Origin: Thermoanaerobaculia bacterium
GTDB taxonomy: Bacteria; Acidobacteriota; Thermoanaerobaculia; Multivoradales; Multivoraceae
DNA: 64,000 nt
Assembly: GCA_963666565.1 (NCBI GenBank)
Contig: OY762911.1
Location: 2,464,001 to 2,528,000 of the forward strand
Direction: 5' to 3'
The number at the start of each line of letters is the position of its first letter. Positions within the stretch are counted from its first letter, which is position 1. Below are positions 9,262-19,527 of this stretch, piece after piece. The position numbers and the translations under genes are program-made. Under the pieces are notes generated by a model that was not told the origin of the DNA, searched no databases, and saw nothing but the letters and a program-made list of their open reading frames with translations.

Positions 9262-9269
9262 GGCGACGC

Positions 9270-12200
9270 CTACCAGGTGTCGATGTTCCTCCGCTTCTTG
9301 CCGTCGCGAACCGGGGGCGGCGGCACGGAGTCGAGGGTGCGGGCGATCCAGCGCCGGGAGTCGGCGGGGTCGATCACGTCGTCGACGGCGAACGACGCTC
9401 CCGCGGTCAGGGCGCTGCCGCGTTCGTAGGCCGCCGCGACGAGTTCCTCGTAGCGGGCGCGGCGTTCCTCGGGGTCGTCGATGGCCGCCAGCTCGTTGCG
9501 GAAGCCGAGCTTGACCTGGCCTTCCAGCCCCATGCCGCCGAACTCCGCCGTCGGCCAGGCGACGGTGAAGAACGGCTCCTTCAGGTCGCCGCCGGCCATG
9601 GCCTGGGCGCCGAGACCGTAGGCCTTGCGCAGCACGATCGTCAGCGACGGCACCGTGATGTTGGCGCCGACGACGAACAGCCGGCAGCAGTGCCGCACCA
9701 GGGCGGTGCGCTCGATCTCGGGGCCGACCATCATGCCCGGCGTGTCGCAGAGCACGAGCACGGGAATGTCGAAGGCGTCGCAGAGCTGGAGGAAGCGGGC
9801 GCCCTTGTCCGAGCCGTCGCTGTCGATGGCGCCGGACAGGAACTCCGGGTTGTTGGCCAGGATCCCCACCGGCCGCCCCTCGATCCGGACCAGGGCGGTC
9901 ACCATGCCGAGGCCGAACGCGGGCCGCAGTTCCAGCACGCTGCCGGTGTCGGCCAGGGTGTGGATCACCTCGCGGATGTCGTACACGCGCAGGCGGTTCT
10001 CGGGAACGACCCGGCGCAGCAGGCGCTGATCGGGCGCTTCCCAGTCCTCGGTCCGTCCCTGGAAGTAGGACAGGTACTGCCTGGCGACGGCCACCGCCTC
10101 CTCTTCGTCCTGGACCGCGACGTCGACGACGCCGTTCGGCACCTGGACGTCCATCGGGCCGACTTCCTCCGGCCGGAACACGCCCAGGCCGCCGCCCTCG
10201 ATCAGCGCCGGGCCGCCCATGCCGATGCTCGAGTCGGCGGTGGCGACGATCACGTCGCAGCAGCCGAGCAGCGCCGCGTTGCCGGCGAAGCAGAAGCGCG
10301 AGATGATGCCGACGATCGGCACCAGGCCGGAGAGCCGCGCGAAGGACGTGAAGGTCGGCGTGTCGAGCGGCCGGTAGGTCTCGTCGCTCCGGCCCTGGCC
10401 GGCCTTCGTCGTCGAGGCGCCGCCCTTGCGCTTGCCGCCGGTGCCGGCGCGGCCGCCGCCGCCCTCGGCGAACAGGACGACGGGCCGCTTCCAGCGATGG
10501 GCCAGCTCGACCATCCGGTCGGTCTTCGGATGGTTGAGAGCGCCCTGGGTGCCGGCGAGGACGGTGTAGTCGTAGGCCATGACGACGCAGCGCGAGCGGT
10601 CGTCGGGGAAGAGGTCGCCGTTGATCGAGCCGACGCCGGTGACCATGCCGTCGGTCGGGAACTTGCGGATGATCTCCTGCTTGGGGAGGCCCGTGCCGGG
10701 CGTGAGCACGAGTTGACCGTGCTCGACGAAGCTGCCCTCGTCGCAGAGGTCGTCGATGTTCTCGCGGGCGGTTCGCTGGTTCGTGGTGCGGCGCTTCCGG
10801 ACCGCGTCGGGCCGGGCGTCGTCCAGGGTCACCGCGTGGCGCTCGAGCACCTCGGCGAGATCGGGCCGGACGGCGTCGAGGTCGATCTCGCCCTCTTCGT
10901 CGCCGGTTGCGGCCGCCACGTCCCCTTCCTCGATCAGGGCCAGGACGTGGCCTTCCCAGACCGCGTCGCCGGCGGCCGCGCGCAGGTCGCGCAGCACGCC
11001 GCCGACTTCGGAGCGGATCTCGTGCTCCATCTTCATCGCTTCCATGATGAAGAGGATCCGGCCGGGAGCGATCTGCTCGCCCGGTTCCCCCTCGACGCTC
11101 AGCACGGTGCCCTGCATGGGCGCGCGCAGCGCGGTGAGCCCCTCGGGAACGGGAGTCGAATCGACGGGCGGCGGCTCGGCGGTGCGCACGCCGGCCGAGG
11201 GCGCGCCGGACTTGCCGTGGTCGAGCACCGCCAACGGGTCGACGGCGTCGACCTTGACGCCGGCGAGTCCGCGGCCCCCGTCCGCGAGGCCAGGGTCCCC
11301 TCCCGCGAGGCCACCGTTCCCGCTCGCGAGTCCGCAGCCCCCGTTTTCGGCGTCCCCGGCGCTCTCGCCGGCCCGGCGGGGACGTTCCTCGAGCGCGGCC
11401 GCGGCTTCGACCAGTTCGGGCAGCCGCTCGTCGACGAAGCGCGTGTGGACGTTCCATGCCCGGACCTCGGCGTGGCCCAGCAGCGCCCGCAGGAAGGAGG
11501 CGTTCGTGTCGATGCCGTCCGTCCGGAAGTCGCCGAGCGCGCGGGAGGTCCGCGCCAGCGCGGCGCCGACGTCGGCCGCCGGCGTGCGCCCCACGACCTT
11601 CGCGAGCAGGGAGTCGAAGCGGGGATTCGTCCGGTAGCCGGCGTAGCCGAACGTGTCCGTCCGCACGCCCGGCCCGGAGGGCGGCTCGAAGGCCGCCAGC
11701 ACGCCGCCGCCCGGCACCACGCGGCCGTCCGCGGCCATCGTTTCCATGTTGACCCGGGCCTGGACCGCGCAGCCGCGAGGCGTTGGCCGCTCGCCCGCCG
11801 ACCGCGCGCCGGGACCGGTTTGCGCGCGCCCGGCGCCGCGGTCCGCGGGATCCGGCGCGTCCTCCCGGCCGAAGCCCAGGTCGGCGAGCAGGCGTCCGCG
11901 GGCGAGTTCGAGCTGGAGGTGGACGAGGTCCACTCCGAAGACCTCCTCCGTCACCGTGTGCTCGACCTGGAGCCGGGCGTTCGCCTCGATGAAGAAGAAC
12001 CGCGGCTCGGCGCCCGCTCCCTCCCCGGTCTCGACCAGGAACTCGACCGTGCCCAGGTTGCGGTAGCCGACCGCCGCCGCGAGGGTGAGCGCCGCCTCCC
12101 GCATCGCCGCGCGCAGGCCGTCCGGCAACGCGGGCGCGGGCGCGATCTCGATCAGCTTCTGGTGGCGGCGCTGCAGGCTGCAGTCGCGGTCGCCGAAGTG

Positions 12201-12860
12201 GGTGACCGCGCCGCTGTCGTCGGCCGCGATCTGGACCTCGACGTGGCGAACGGCCGAGAGGAGTTGCTCGACGAATACGCCGTCGTTGCCGAAGGCCGCG
12301 CCGGCCTCGGACGTGGCGCGCCGGTAGGCGTCCTCGATCTCGTCGGCCGTTCGGACGATCCTCATCCCGCGGCCGCCGCCGCCCCCGACCGCCTTGATCA
12401 GCATCGAGGCGCCGTCCGGCAGTCCGTCGAAGAACGCACGGGCCCGTTCCAGCGACACCGCCCCGGAGATCCCGGGCACGACGGGCACGCCGTGTTCTTC
12501 GGCGAGAGCGCGCGCCCGCGCCTTGTCGCCGAACAGCTCCAGCGCTTCCGGCGGCGGTCCGACGAACGTGAGGCCGGCCTCGACGCAGGAGCGGGCGAAG
12601 CCGGCGTTCTCGCTCAGGAAGCCGTAGCCGGGGTGGACCGCGTCGCACCCGTGTTCCGTGGCGGCGCGGATCGACTGCTCGCCGTCGAGATACGCGGCCG
12701 GGCCGGCGCCGCGAAGCGCCGCCGCCTCGTCCGCCCTCGACGCGTGAAGCGATTCGGCGTCGTCCTCGGAGAACGCGGCGACCGCCGGCACGCCGAGTTC
12801 CGCCGCGGCGCGGGCGATGCGGACCGCGATCTCGCCGCGGTTGGCGATCAGGAGCTTCAT
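9270..12860 (-). CDS. Single-chain biotin-dependent acyl-CoA carboxylase (BC-BCCP-CT fusion)
   Basis: KLLIANRGEIA, HPGYGFLSEN, GGGGRGMR, RLQVEH (BC); EAMKME biotin site (BCCP); YDYTVLAGTQG and DTPGMMVG (CT). Confidence 0.93.
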   Translation of the reverse strand: MKLLIANRGEIAVRIARAAAELGVPAVAAFSEDDAESLHASRADEAAALRGAGPAAYLDGEQSIRAATEHGCDAVHPGYGFLSENAGFARSCVEAGLTFVGPPPEALELFGDKARARALAEEHGVPVVPGISGAVSLERARAFFDGLPDGASMLIKAVGGGGGRGMRIVRTADEIEDAYRRATSEAGAAFGNDGVFVEQLLSAVRHVEVQIAADDSGAVTHFGDRDCSLQRRHQKLIEIAPAPALPDGLRAAMREAALTLAAAVGYRNLGTVEFLVETGEGAGAEPRFFFIEANARLQVEHTVTEEVFGVDLVHLQLELARGRLLADLGFGREDAPDPADRGAGRAQTGPGARSAGERPTPRGCAVQARVNMETMAADGRVVPGGGVLAAFEPPSGPGVRTDTFGYAGYRTNPRFDSLLAKVVGRTPAADVGAALARTSRALGDFRTDGIDTNASFLRALLGHAEVRAWNVHTRFVDERLPELVEAAAALEERPRRAGESAGDAENGGCGLASGNGGLAGGDPGLADGGRGLAGVKVDAVDPLAVLDHGKSGAPSAGVRTAEPPPVDSTPVPEGLTALRAPMQGTVLSVEGEPGEQIAPGRILFIMEAMKMEHEIRSEVGGVLRDLRAAAGDAVWEGHVLALIEEGDVAAATGDEEGEIDLDAVRPDLAEVLERHAVTLDDARPDAVRKRRTTNQRTARENIDDLCDEGSFVEHGQLVLTPGTGLPKQEIIRKFPTDGMVTGVGSINGDLFPDDRSRCVVMAYDYTVLAGTQGALNHPKTDRMVELAHRWKRPVVLFAEGGGGRAGTGGKRKGGASTTKAGQGRSDETYRPLDTPTFTSFARLSGLVPIVGIISRFCFAGNAALLGCCDVIVATADSSIGMGGPALIEGGGLGVFRPEEVGPMDVQVPNGVVDVAVQDEEEAVAVARQYLSYFQGRTEDWEAPDQRLLRRVVPENRLRVYDIREVIHTLADTGSVLELRPAFGLGMVTALVRIEGRPVGILANNPEFLSGAIDSDGSDKGARFLQLCDAFDIPVLVLCDTPGMMVGPEIERTALVRHCCRLFVVGANITVPSLTIVLRKAYGLGAQAMAGGDLKEPFFTVAWPTAEFGGMGLEGQVKLGFRNELAAIDDPEERRARYEELVAAAYERGSALTAGASFAVDDVIDPADSRRWIARTLDSVPPPPVRDGKKRRNIDTW

Positions 12861-12923
12861 CGGAACCACACGAACCTTGCCGATCCGGAAGGGCGGCTCG
12901 GAAGGGCGCTATCCTACGCCCCC

Positions 12924-13949
12924 ATGAGAGTCCTTCGTACCCCCGACGAGCGCTTCGCCAACCTGCCCGACTTCGACTACGAGCCGCGCTACACCCTCGT
13001 CCCCAGGGGCGACGGCGAGGGCGAGGGCCTCCGGATTCACCACGTGGAGGCGGGCCCGGCGGACGGTCCGCCGGTCCTGCTGATGCACGGCCAGCCGACC
13101 TGGAGCTTCCTCTACCGCCGGATGATCCCGGTGCTGGCGGAGCGGGGGATGCGCGTCATGGCGCCCGACCTCGTCGGCTACGGCCGGTCCGACAAGCCGA
13201 CCGAGCGGGACGACTACACCTACCAGCGTCAGGTCGACTGGCTGAGCGCCTGGCTGCGGAGCAACGGCGTGATGCGCGCGACCCTGGTCGGCCAGGACTG
13301 GGGCGGCCTGGTCGGGCTGCGGATGGCGGCCCTCGACCCGGCCCGCTTCGACCGCATCGTCGCCGCGAACACCGCCCTGCCGCTGCCGATGGACGTGCCG
13401 GACGAGACGGTGGAGAAGATCGCGAAGTTCCGGGCCGAGGCGCCGACGCCGACCGTCGTGGAGATGCAGCGGCAGATCTCGCAGATGGGAACCGAGCCGG
13501 CCGAGAAGTTCGCGTACTGGCAGAAATGGACCTGGGAGACCGAGGACATTCCGGTCGGGGCTTTGCTCGGCGGCATGGCCGACGGGGTGACGCTCACGCC
13601 CGAAGAGGTCGCGGCCTACGACGCGCCCTTCCCCGACCCGTCGTACAAGGCGGGGATCCGGGCCATGCCGAGCCGGGTGCCGATGCTGCCGAACGACCCC
13701 TCCGTGCCGGCCCAGATGGAGGCCTGGAAGACGTTCTCGGAGTGGACGAAGCCGTTCCTCTGCGCCTTCTCGGACAACGACCCGGTGACGGCGGCGGCGC
13801 GGCGGCCGTTCGAGGAGCGCATTCCGGGGGCCAAGGGGCAGCCCCACCGGACGATCGAGGGCGGCGGGCACTTCCTCCAGGAGGGCCGGGGCGTGGAACT
13901 GGCCACGATCGTCGCCGACTTCATCGAACGGACGCCGGCGGGCGGGTAG
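12924..13949 (+). CDS. Haloalkane dehalogenase
   Basis: MRVLRTPDERF, HGQPTWSFLYR, nucleophile GQDWGG, AAYDAPFP and GGHFLQE motifs. Confidence 0.9.
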   Translation: MRVLRTPDERFANLPDFDYEPRYTLVPRGDGEGEGLRIHHVEAGPADGPPVLLMHGQPTWSFLYRRMIPVLAERGMRVMAPDLVGYGRSDKPTERDDYTYQRQVDWLSAWLRSNGVMRATLVGQDWGGLVGLRMAALDPARFDRIVAANTALPLPMDVPDETVEKIAKFRAEAPTPTVVEMQRQISQMGTEPAEKFAYWQKWTWETEDIPVGALLGGMADGVTLTPEEVAAYDAPFPDPSYKAGIRAMPSRVPMLPNDPSVPAQMEAWKTFSEWTKPFLCAFSDNDPVTAAARRPFEERIPGAKGQPHRTIEGGGHFLQEGRGVELATIVADFIERTPAGG

Positions 13950-14171
13950 CTCGGTCGTGGCGTCCGGCAGGGAGCGTGCCGCGGCGGCGGACCGTGTCGC
14001 CTCGCGGCCCGGCGCGGGGGACGAGAGGTAACGGCGTTCGGCCGGCAGCCACCGGATGGAACGCATCTGCCGCGTGCCGCCGGACCGCGTGACGCGCGAG
14101 CCGTACTGAACCGGGCGCCGGATCGCGCCAACGCGCTCGGCGGCGAGTTCCCCCGCAAGGCAGCCAGGCGC

Positions 14172-14678
14172 TCAGGCCACGACGACGCGATAGAGCAGAA
14201 AGATCAGGGAGACGGTCGTGCCCGTGTAGACGGTCGCGCCGGTCCCCATGATCCACAGCATGAGCTTCATCCGGCTCTCCATGCCGTCGAATCTGGCCTC
14301 CATGCCTTCGAATCTCGCGTCCATCCGGTCTTCCAGACCCTTGAACCTGGCGTTCATCTCGTCTCTCAGCCCGTCGATCCTGGCGTCCAGCCTTGCGAAC
14401 TCGCCCCGCGTCTCGGTGCGGAAGTTGGCGAAGCCGTGCTTCAGTTCGGTCACGTCGGTCTTGAGTACCGCGACGTCGGTCTTGAGCGTGGTCACGTCGG
14501 CCTTGAGCGTGGTCACGTCGGCCTTGAGCGTGGTCACGTCGGCCTTGAGTTCGCGTCGTTCGGCGGCGGTGCCGCTGAGGTCGACCAGCGCCTGCGCCTG
14601 ATTGTCGTCGAAGCCGACGTTCCTGAGGGCTTTCCTCGTCATCGTCGCGTCCGACTCTACTACTGCCGCTCTTTGCAT
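14172..14678 (-). CDS. DUF1640/CCDC90-like coiled-coil protein with C-terminal TM anchor
   Basis: LRNVGFDDNQAQAL head, heptad repeats LKADVTT, MDARFEG-type repeats, C-terminal hydrophobic helix; GGGAG RBS. Confidence 0.75.
   Translation of the reverse strand: MQRAAVVESDATMTRKALRNVGFDDNQAQALVDLSGTAAERRELKADVTTLKADVTTLKADVTTLKTDVAVLKTDVTELKHGFANFRTETRGEFARLDARIDGLRDEMNARFKGLEDRMDARFEGMEARFDGMESRMKLMLWIMGTGATVYTGTTVSLIFLLYRVVVA
14449..14549. repeat. 21-bp coding tandem repeat (about 5 units)
   Basis: GTCACGTCGGCCTTGAGCGTG units encoding LKADVTT on the minus strand. Confidence 0.85.
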
Positions 14679-14834
14679 GGCTCGTACTCCCGTTGCGTGG
14701 TCCTTCGTCGCCCGGACGGTTTCCGGGGCTCTACAGAACCAGGACGGATTTCGGCCCCGAGAACCCTGTGTCGACGCCGCGAGCGGCCAGGATGCGGGGC
14801 GACGGGGCTTCGTGGGCCGGGGTACGATGCCGCC

Positions 14835-15440
14835 ATGCTCGGCACGACGCTGGACGCCTCGGCGTACCTGGACCGGCTGCGTGCCGAACTCTCGAAGATC
14901 GACACGGCGGCGGTGGAGCGCTGGGCGGATTTCGTCTTCGACGCGTGGACCCGGGGCGGCACGCTCTACCTCGCCGGCAACGGCGGTTCCGCCGCGGCCG
15001 CAAGCCACCTGAGCGTCGACCTGGGCAAGGGCACGGTCGCGGCGGACGCGCTGCGCGACGAGTCGCACCGCCGGCTGCGGGTGGTCAGCCTGACCGACAA
15101 CGTGCCCTGGGTCACGGCGGTCGCGAACGACCTGGACTACGAGCAGGTCTTCGTTCAGCAGTTGATGAGCGCCGCCGTGTCGGGCGACGCGCTGATCGCC
15201 TTCAGCGGTTCGGGCGACAGCCCGAACGTGCTGGCCGCGGTCGACTGGGCGAACCGCCACGGGCTCCGCACCTTCGGCGTGACGGGGTTCGACGGCGGCC
15301 GGCTGAAGGAGATTCAGCAGGACGGCATGCACGTCGACCTGGACGACATGGCGATGGTCGAGAGCCTGCACGTGAGCCTCTTCCACTGGGTCGTGGACGA
15401 CGTCCACGCCCGCACCCAGGGCATCGGGCGCTACGCCTGA
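14835..15440 (+). CDS. SIS-domain protein, phosphoheptose isomerase (GmhA)-like
   Basis: GNGGSAAAASH, TAVAND, FSGSGDSPNV, GFDGG and ESLH motifs. Confidence 0.85.
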   Translation: MLGTTLDASAYLDRLRAELSKIDTAAVERWADFVFDAWTRGGTLYLAGNGGSAAAASHLSVDLGKGTVAADALRDESHRRLRVVSLTDNVPWVTAVANDLDYEQVFVQQLMSAAVSGDALIAFSGSGDSPNVLAAVDWANRHGLRTFGVTGFDGGRLKEIQQDGMHVDLDDMAMVESLHVSLFHWVVDDVHARTQGIGRYA

Positions 15441-15450
15441 GGACGTCGCC

Positions 15451-16302
15451 GTGGACTCCTCGCCGACGGGCCGCCGCGTCGACCTGCTGGGCCGGGGCGC
15501 GACCTGGGCCTACGACATCGCCGGGCCGCCCGGCGCGCCCACGCTGCTGCTCCTGCATGGCCTGGCGGCTACCGCGCTCCTGAACTGGTCGACGAGCTTC
15601 GCGGCGCTGGCGCGCGGCTTCCGGGTCGTCGCGCTCGATCACCGGGGCCACGGCCGGGGGATTCGGCGGATCGGCGCCTTCAAGCTGGAAGACTGCGCCG
15701 ACGACGTGGCGGCGCTCGCCGACCGGCTGGGCGTGGACCGGGTCATCCCGGTCGGCTACTCGATGGGCGGCGCCGTGGCCCAGTCGTTCTGGCGCCGCCA
15801 CCCGGACCGAACCGCCGGCCTCGTCCTCTGCGCGACGGGCTCCCGCTTTGGCGGTCCGCGGGCCAAGCGCGCCGCCTCGACGCTCGGACCGCTGCTGTCG
15901 CTCGCGGCGCGGGCGGCGCCCCGGTCGGTATGGGACAGCATGGGCGAGCGGATGCTCGAGAACGTCCAGGATCCCGGCCGGCGTCAGGCACTGAAGGAGG
16001 AACTCGGACCGACGGAGCCGGCCTCGGTGATCGAGGCGGCCGCCGCGCTGGCGCGTTTCGATTCCGGCCCTTGGCTGGGCGACATCGACGTCCCCGCCGC
16101 GGTCGTGCTCACGCTGCGGGACGAGCACATCCCGGCCCGGTACCAACAGGCGATGGCGGACGCCATCCCGGGCGCGGAGGTCCACCGGGTCGACGCGGAC
16201 CACTACGCCTGCGTCGCCAGGCCGCACCTGTTCGTGCCGGCCCTCTTCAGCGCCTGCCGTTCCGTCGCCTTGCGCGGCGCGTCCGTGCGCGCCGTGTCCT
16301 GA
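15451..16302 (+). CDS. Alpha/beta hydrolase
   Basis: LLLHG, DHRGHG and GYSMGG nucleophile elbow. Confidence 0.85.
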   Translation: MDSSPTGRRVDLLGRGATWAYDIAGPPGAPTLLLLHGLAATALLNWSTSFAALARGFRVVALDHRGHGRGIRRIGAFKLEDCADDVAALADRLGVDRVIPVGYSMGGAVAQSFWRRHPDRTAGLVLCATGSRFGGPRAKRAASTLGPLLSLAARAAPRSVWDSMGERMLENVQDPGRRQALKEELGPTEPASVIEAAAALARFDSGPWLGDIDVPAAVVLTLRDEHIPARYQQAMADAIPGAEVHRVDADHYACVARPHLFVPALFSACRSVALRGASVRAVS

Positions 16303-16319
16303 GTCCGCTCCGGCGCTGT

Positions 16320-19300
16320 TCAGAGGCGCCGCGAACGACGCTTGCGTTTTCGCCGCTGGCGCTGACGCCGCCGTGGCCGGGTGGCGCGGGCCGGCTGCGC
16401 GGCGGGCTGCCGGCTGAGGTTCACCATCCACTCCCACGCGACCCGGCTCCACGCGCTCGCCTTCTCGACGCTACGGTCGACCAGGTCGTAGACGACCGGC
16501 ACGACGAGCAGGGTGAGCAGCGTCGAAGTGGCCATGCCGCCCATCGTCAGCACCGCGATGGCGGCCCGGGCCTCGGAACCCGAAGCGGTCGAGAAGGCGA
16601 CCGGCAGCAGGCCGCAGATCAGCGAGAAGGCCGTCATCAGGACCGGACGCAGGCGCGCCGGCCCGGCTTCGAGAATGGCCTCGCGGCGCGAACGCCCGTC
16701 CTGGCGGAGCCGGTTGATGTAGTCGATCAGCAGGATCCCGTTCTTCATGACCAGCCCCATCAGCACGAGGAGGCCGATGCCAGTCATCATGTCGAGCGGC
16801 TTGCCCGCGAGCTTGAGGGCCAGGAACGCGCCGATGAAGGAGAGCGGCGCCGACATCATGATCGTGATCGGGTGGACCAGGGAGTTGAAGAGCGACGCCA
16901 GGACCATGTAGATCGCCGCGATCGCCAGCACGAAGGCGAAGAGCAGCGAGAGGCCCGTCTCCCGCATGACGACCGTCATGCCGCTGGGGACGAGCTGGTT
17001 CGGGGGCGCGAGGCCGATCCGCCGGCCGTACTCCTCGACCCGGGCGGCCAGTTCGGACTGCGCGACGCCCTCGGCGGCGTTGGCGGCGATCGTGATCTCG
17101 CGGGCGCGGTTCCGGCGGCCGATCTGGACCGCGCCCTCGCCGAGGCGGATGTCGGCGACGTTGGTGATCGGCGTCAGTTGGCCCGAGGCGGCGCGGATCC
17201 GGATCAAGTCCAGCTTGGCCGGCGTGTCGCGGTACTCGGGCAGCACCTGGACGCGGACGTCGTAGCGTTCGCCGCCTTCCTCGAAGGCGCCCAGTTCCTC
17301 CCCGGCGAGCAGGGTGCGGATCGTGCGGCCGATGACCGTGGCCGGCACTCCCAGGTCGGCCGCCCGGTCGCGGTCGACGTCGATCTCGATTTCGGGCTTG
17401 CCGGTCTCCCAGCTCGTGCCGACGTCGACGAACGCCGGGTCGGACCTCATCAGGCCGACCAGCCGCTCCGAATGGAACTCGAGGTCCTCCATCCGCGGCC
17501 CCCGCAGGCTGTAGGTCACGGCCCGCGCTCCCAACTGGTCGTCGCTCCCCGCGATCCAGGCGATCGGCGACACGGCGATCTCCTCGGCTTCCGGGACCCG
17601 CGCCAGCAACCGCTCGCGGACCCGGTCCATGATCGCGAGCTGCCCGAGGTCGCGCTCCCGCTTGTTCGTCAACTGGACGTAGATCGAGGCGCGGTGGGGC
17701 GCCTGCCGGCTGCCGCCGCCGATCGTCGCGAAGCGGTTGCGGACCTCCGGGTCGGCCGCGAGCACCTCTTCGGCGCGCCGCGCCGCCTCCGCGGTGACGG
17801 CGAGCGGCGTGCCGATCGGCATCTTGAGATCCACGTTGAACTCGCTCCGGTCCTCCGTCACGAACAGGTCGAACGGGAGGGTGCGGGCAACCAGGAAGCC
17901 GCCCGCCATGGCCGTCGCGGCGACGGCGAGCGTGACCGCGCGGTGGCCGAGGGCGCGGCGCAGAACCGCCTGGTAGAAGCGGTCCAGGCCGTCGAGGACG
18001 CGGCCCAGGAATCGGCTGACCGGGTCCTTTCCCTGGCGGGCCGTCAGCACGCGGCTGCCGAGCATGGGCGTGAAGGTCAGGGCGAAGACGCTCGAGACGC
18101 AGACGGCGATCGCCATCACCATGCCGAACTCGTAGAACCACTGGCCGACGGTGCCCGTCAGGAACGCGATCGGCACGAAGACGGCGCACAGGGCGAGGGT
18201 GGTGGAGATGACCGCCAGCGTCACCTGGCCGGCGCCTTCCTCCGCCGCTTCTCGGCGCCCCATGCCCTGCTCGATCCGCCGGTAGATCACCTCCAGCACG
18301 ACGATCGCGTCGTCGATGACGACGCCGATCGCCAGCGACAGCGCCATCAGGGTCATCACGTTCAGCGTGAAGCCGGCCAGATAGAAGAACGTGAACGACG
18401 CGATGACGGACGACGGGATCGCGAGCGCCGAGATCAGGGTCGACCTCGGGTTGCGAAGGAACAGGAGGACGACGGCGACCACCAGCAGGCCGCCCCAGAG
18501 CATGTTCGAGAACACGGAGTAGATGGAGTCCTCGATGAACACCGCCATGTCGCGGGTGATCAGGATCTCCATGCCGGGGGGCAGGTTGGGCCGCAGCGCC
18601 TCGACTTCCGTCCGAACGGCTTCGGCGACGGCGACCGTGTTCGTCCCGCTTCGCCGGCGCACTTCCAGCGAGACTCCCCGCTGCCCGTTGAAGCGGGCCA
18701 GCGAGCGCTCCTCGGCCAGGCCGTCCTCGATCTTCGCGACGTCCCGGAGGTAGACCAGGCGGCCGCCGCGCTCGGCGGCGATCAGGGCGCCGAAGTCCTC
18801 GACCCGCTTGACCCGGCCCGAGGTGGTCACGGTCCACTCGCGCTCGCGGCCCTCGACGCGGCCGCCGGCCGTCTCGGCGTTCTCGAGCAGCAGGGTGGAG
18901 CGGACGTCGTCGATCGACAGGCCGTAGCCGGCGAGACGGACGGGATCGAGCCAGATCCGGACCTCGCGCCGGCGCGAACCGATGATCTCGATGCTGCCCA
19001 CGCCGGGCAGGCGCTCGAGCCGGTCCTTGACCATGTTCTCCGCGATCTCCGACAGCTCGCGGACGGAGAGCGGGCCGCCCAGCATGACGGAGAGGATCGG
19101 CGTCGCGTCGGGATCGAGCTGGACGACCACCGGATCCTCGGCGTCGAGCGGCAGCTCGGCCCGCGCGGGAGCGACCTTCTCGCGTACCTGCTGCGCCTTG
19201 ACGTCCACGTCGTAGTTCGTCTCGAACTCGACGAAGACCTGGGAGACCCCTTCCGAGGAAACCGAGCTCAGGTCGCGGATGCCCTCGATCATGTTGATCT

Positions 19301-19511
19301 GCTCCTCGAGGATGTCCGTGACCTCGGTTTCGACCGTCTCCGGCGACGCTCCTTCCAGGACCGTGGTCACCGTGACGAAGGGCACCTCGACGTCCGGGTT
19401 CAGGTCGACGTTGAGCCGGTTCAGCGACACGAGGCCCAGAACGACCAGGGCCACGTTCAGCATGAGGGCGAAGACGGGCCGGCGGATCGAGAGGAGGGGC
19501 AGGTTCAGCAT
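16320..19511 (-). CDS. RND efflux permease (AcrB/HAE1 family)
   Basis: SIRRPV, GASPETVE, GVVIDDAIVVLE, MKNGILLID and RLRPVLMT motifs. Confidence 0.93.
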   Translation of the reverse strand: MLNLPLLSIRRPVFALMLNVALVVLGLVSLNRLNVDLNPDVEVPFVTVTTVLEGASPETVETEVTDILEEQINMIEGIRDLSSVSSEGVSQVFVEFETNYDVDVKAQQVREKVAPARAELPLDAEDPVVVQLDPDATPILSVMLGGPLSVRELSEIAENMVKDRLERLPGVGSIEIIGSRRREVRIWLDPVRLAGYGLSIDDVRSTLLLENAETAGGRVEGREREWTVTTSGRVKRVEDFGALIAAERGGRLVYLRDVAKIEDGLAEERSLARFNGQRGVSLEVRRRSGTNTVAVAEAVRTEVEALRPNLPPGMEILITRDMAVFIEDSIYSVFSNMLWGGLLVVAVVLLFLRNPRSTLISALAIPSSVIASFTFFYLAGFTLNVMTLMALSLAIGVVIDDAIVVLEVIYRRIEQGMGRREAAEEGAGQVTLAVISTTLALCAVFVPIAFLTGTVGQWFYEFGMVMAIAVCVSSVFALTFTPMLGSRVLTARQGKDPVSRFLGRVLDGLDRFYQAVLRRALGHRAVTLAVAATAMAGGFLVARTLPFDLFVTEDRSEFNVDLKMPIGTPLAVTAEAARRAEEVLAADPEVRNRFATIGGGSRQAPHRASIYVQLTNKRERDLGQLAIMDRVRERLLARVPEAEEIAVSPIAWIAGSDDQLGARAVTYSLRGPRMEDLEFHSERLVGLMRSDPAFVDVGTSWETGKPEIEIDVDRDRAADLGVPATVIGRTIRTLLAGEELGAFEEGGERYDVRVQVLPEYRDTPAKLDLIRIRAASGQLTPITNVADIRLGEGAVQIGRRNRAREITIAANAAEGVAQSELAARVEEYGRRIGLAPPNQLVPSGMTVVMRETGLSLLFAFVLAIAAIYMVLASLFNSLVHPITIMMSAPLSFIGAFLALKLAGKPLDMMTGIGLLVLMGLVMKNGILLIDYINRLRQDGRSRREAILEAGPARLRPVLMTAFSLICGLLPVAFSTASGSEARAAIAVLTMGGMATSTLLTLLVVPVVYDLVDRSVEKASAWSRVAWEWMVNLSRQPAAQPARATRPRRRQRQRRKRKRRSRRL

Positions 19512-19527
19512 CGTCGTCGTCCGACCC

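Noticed and set aside
9099-13949. Apparent 1616-aa protein ending in a dehalogenase domain
   Set aside because: The N-terminal ~1275 aa are the antisense of the carboxylase; the real gene starts at 12924.
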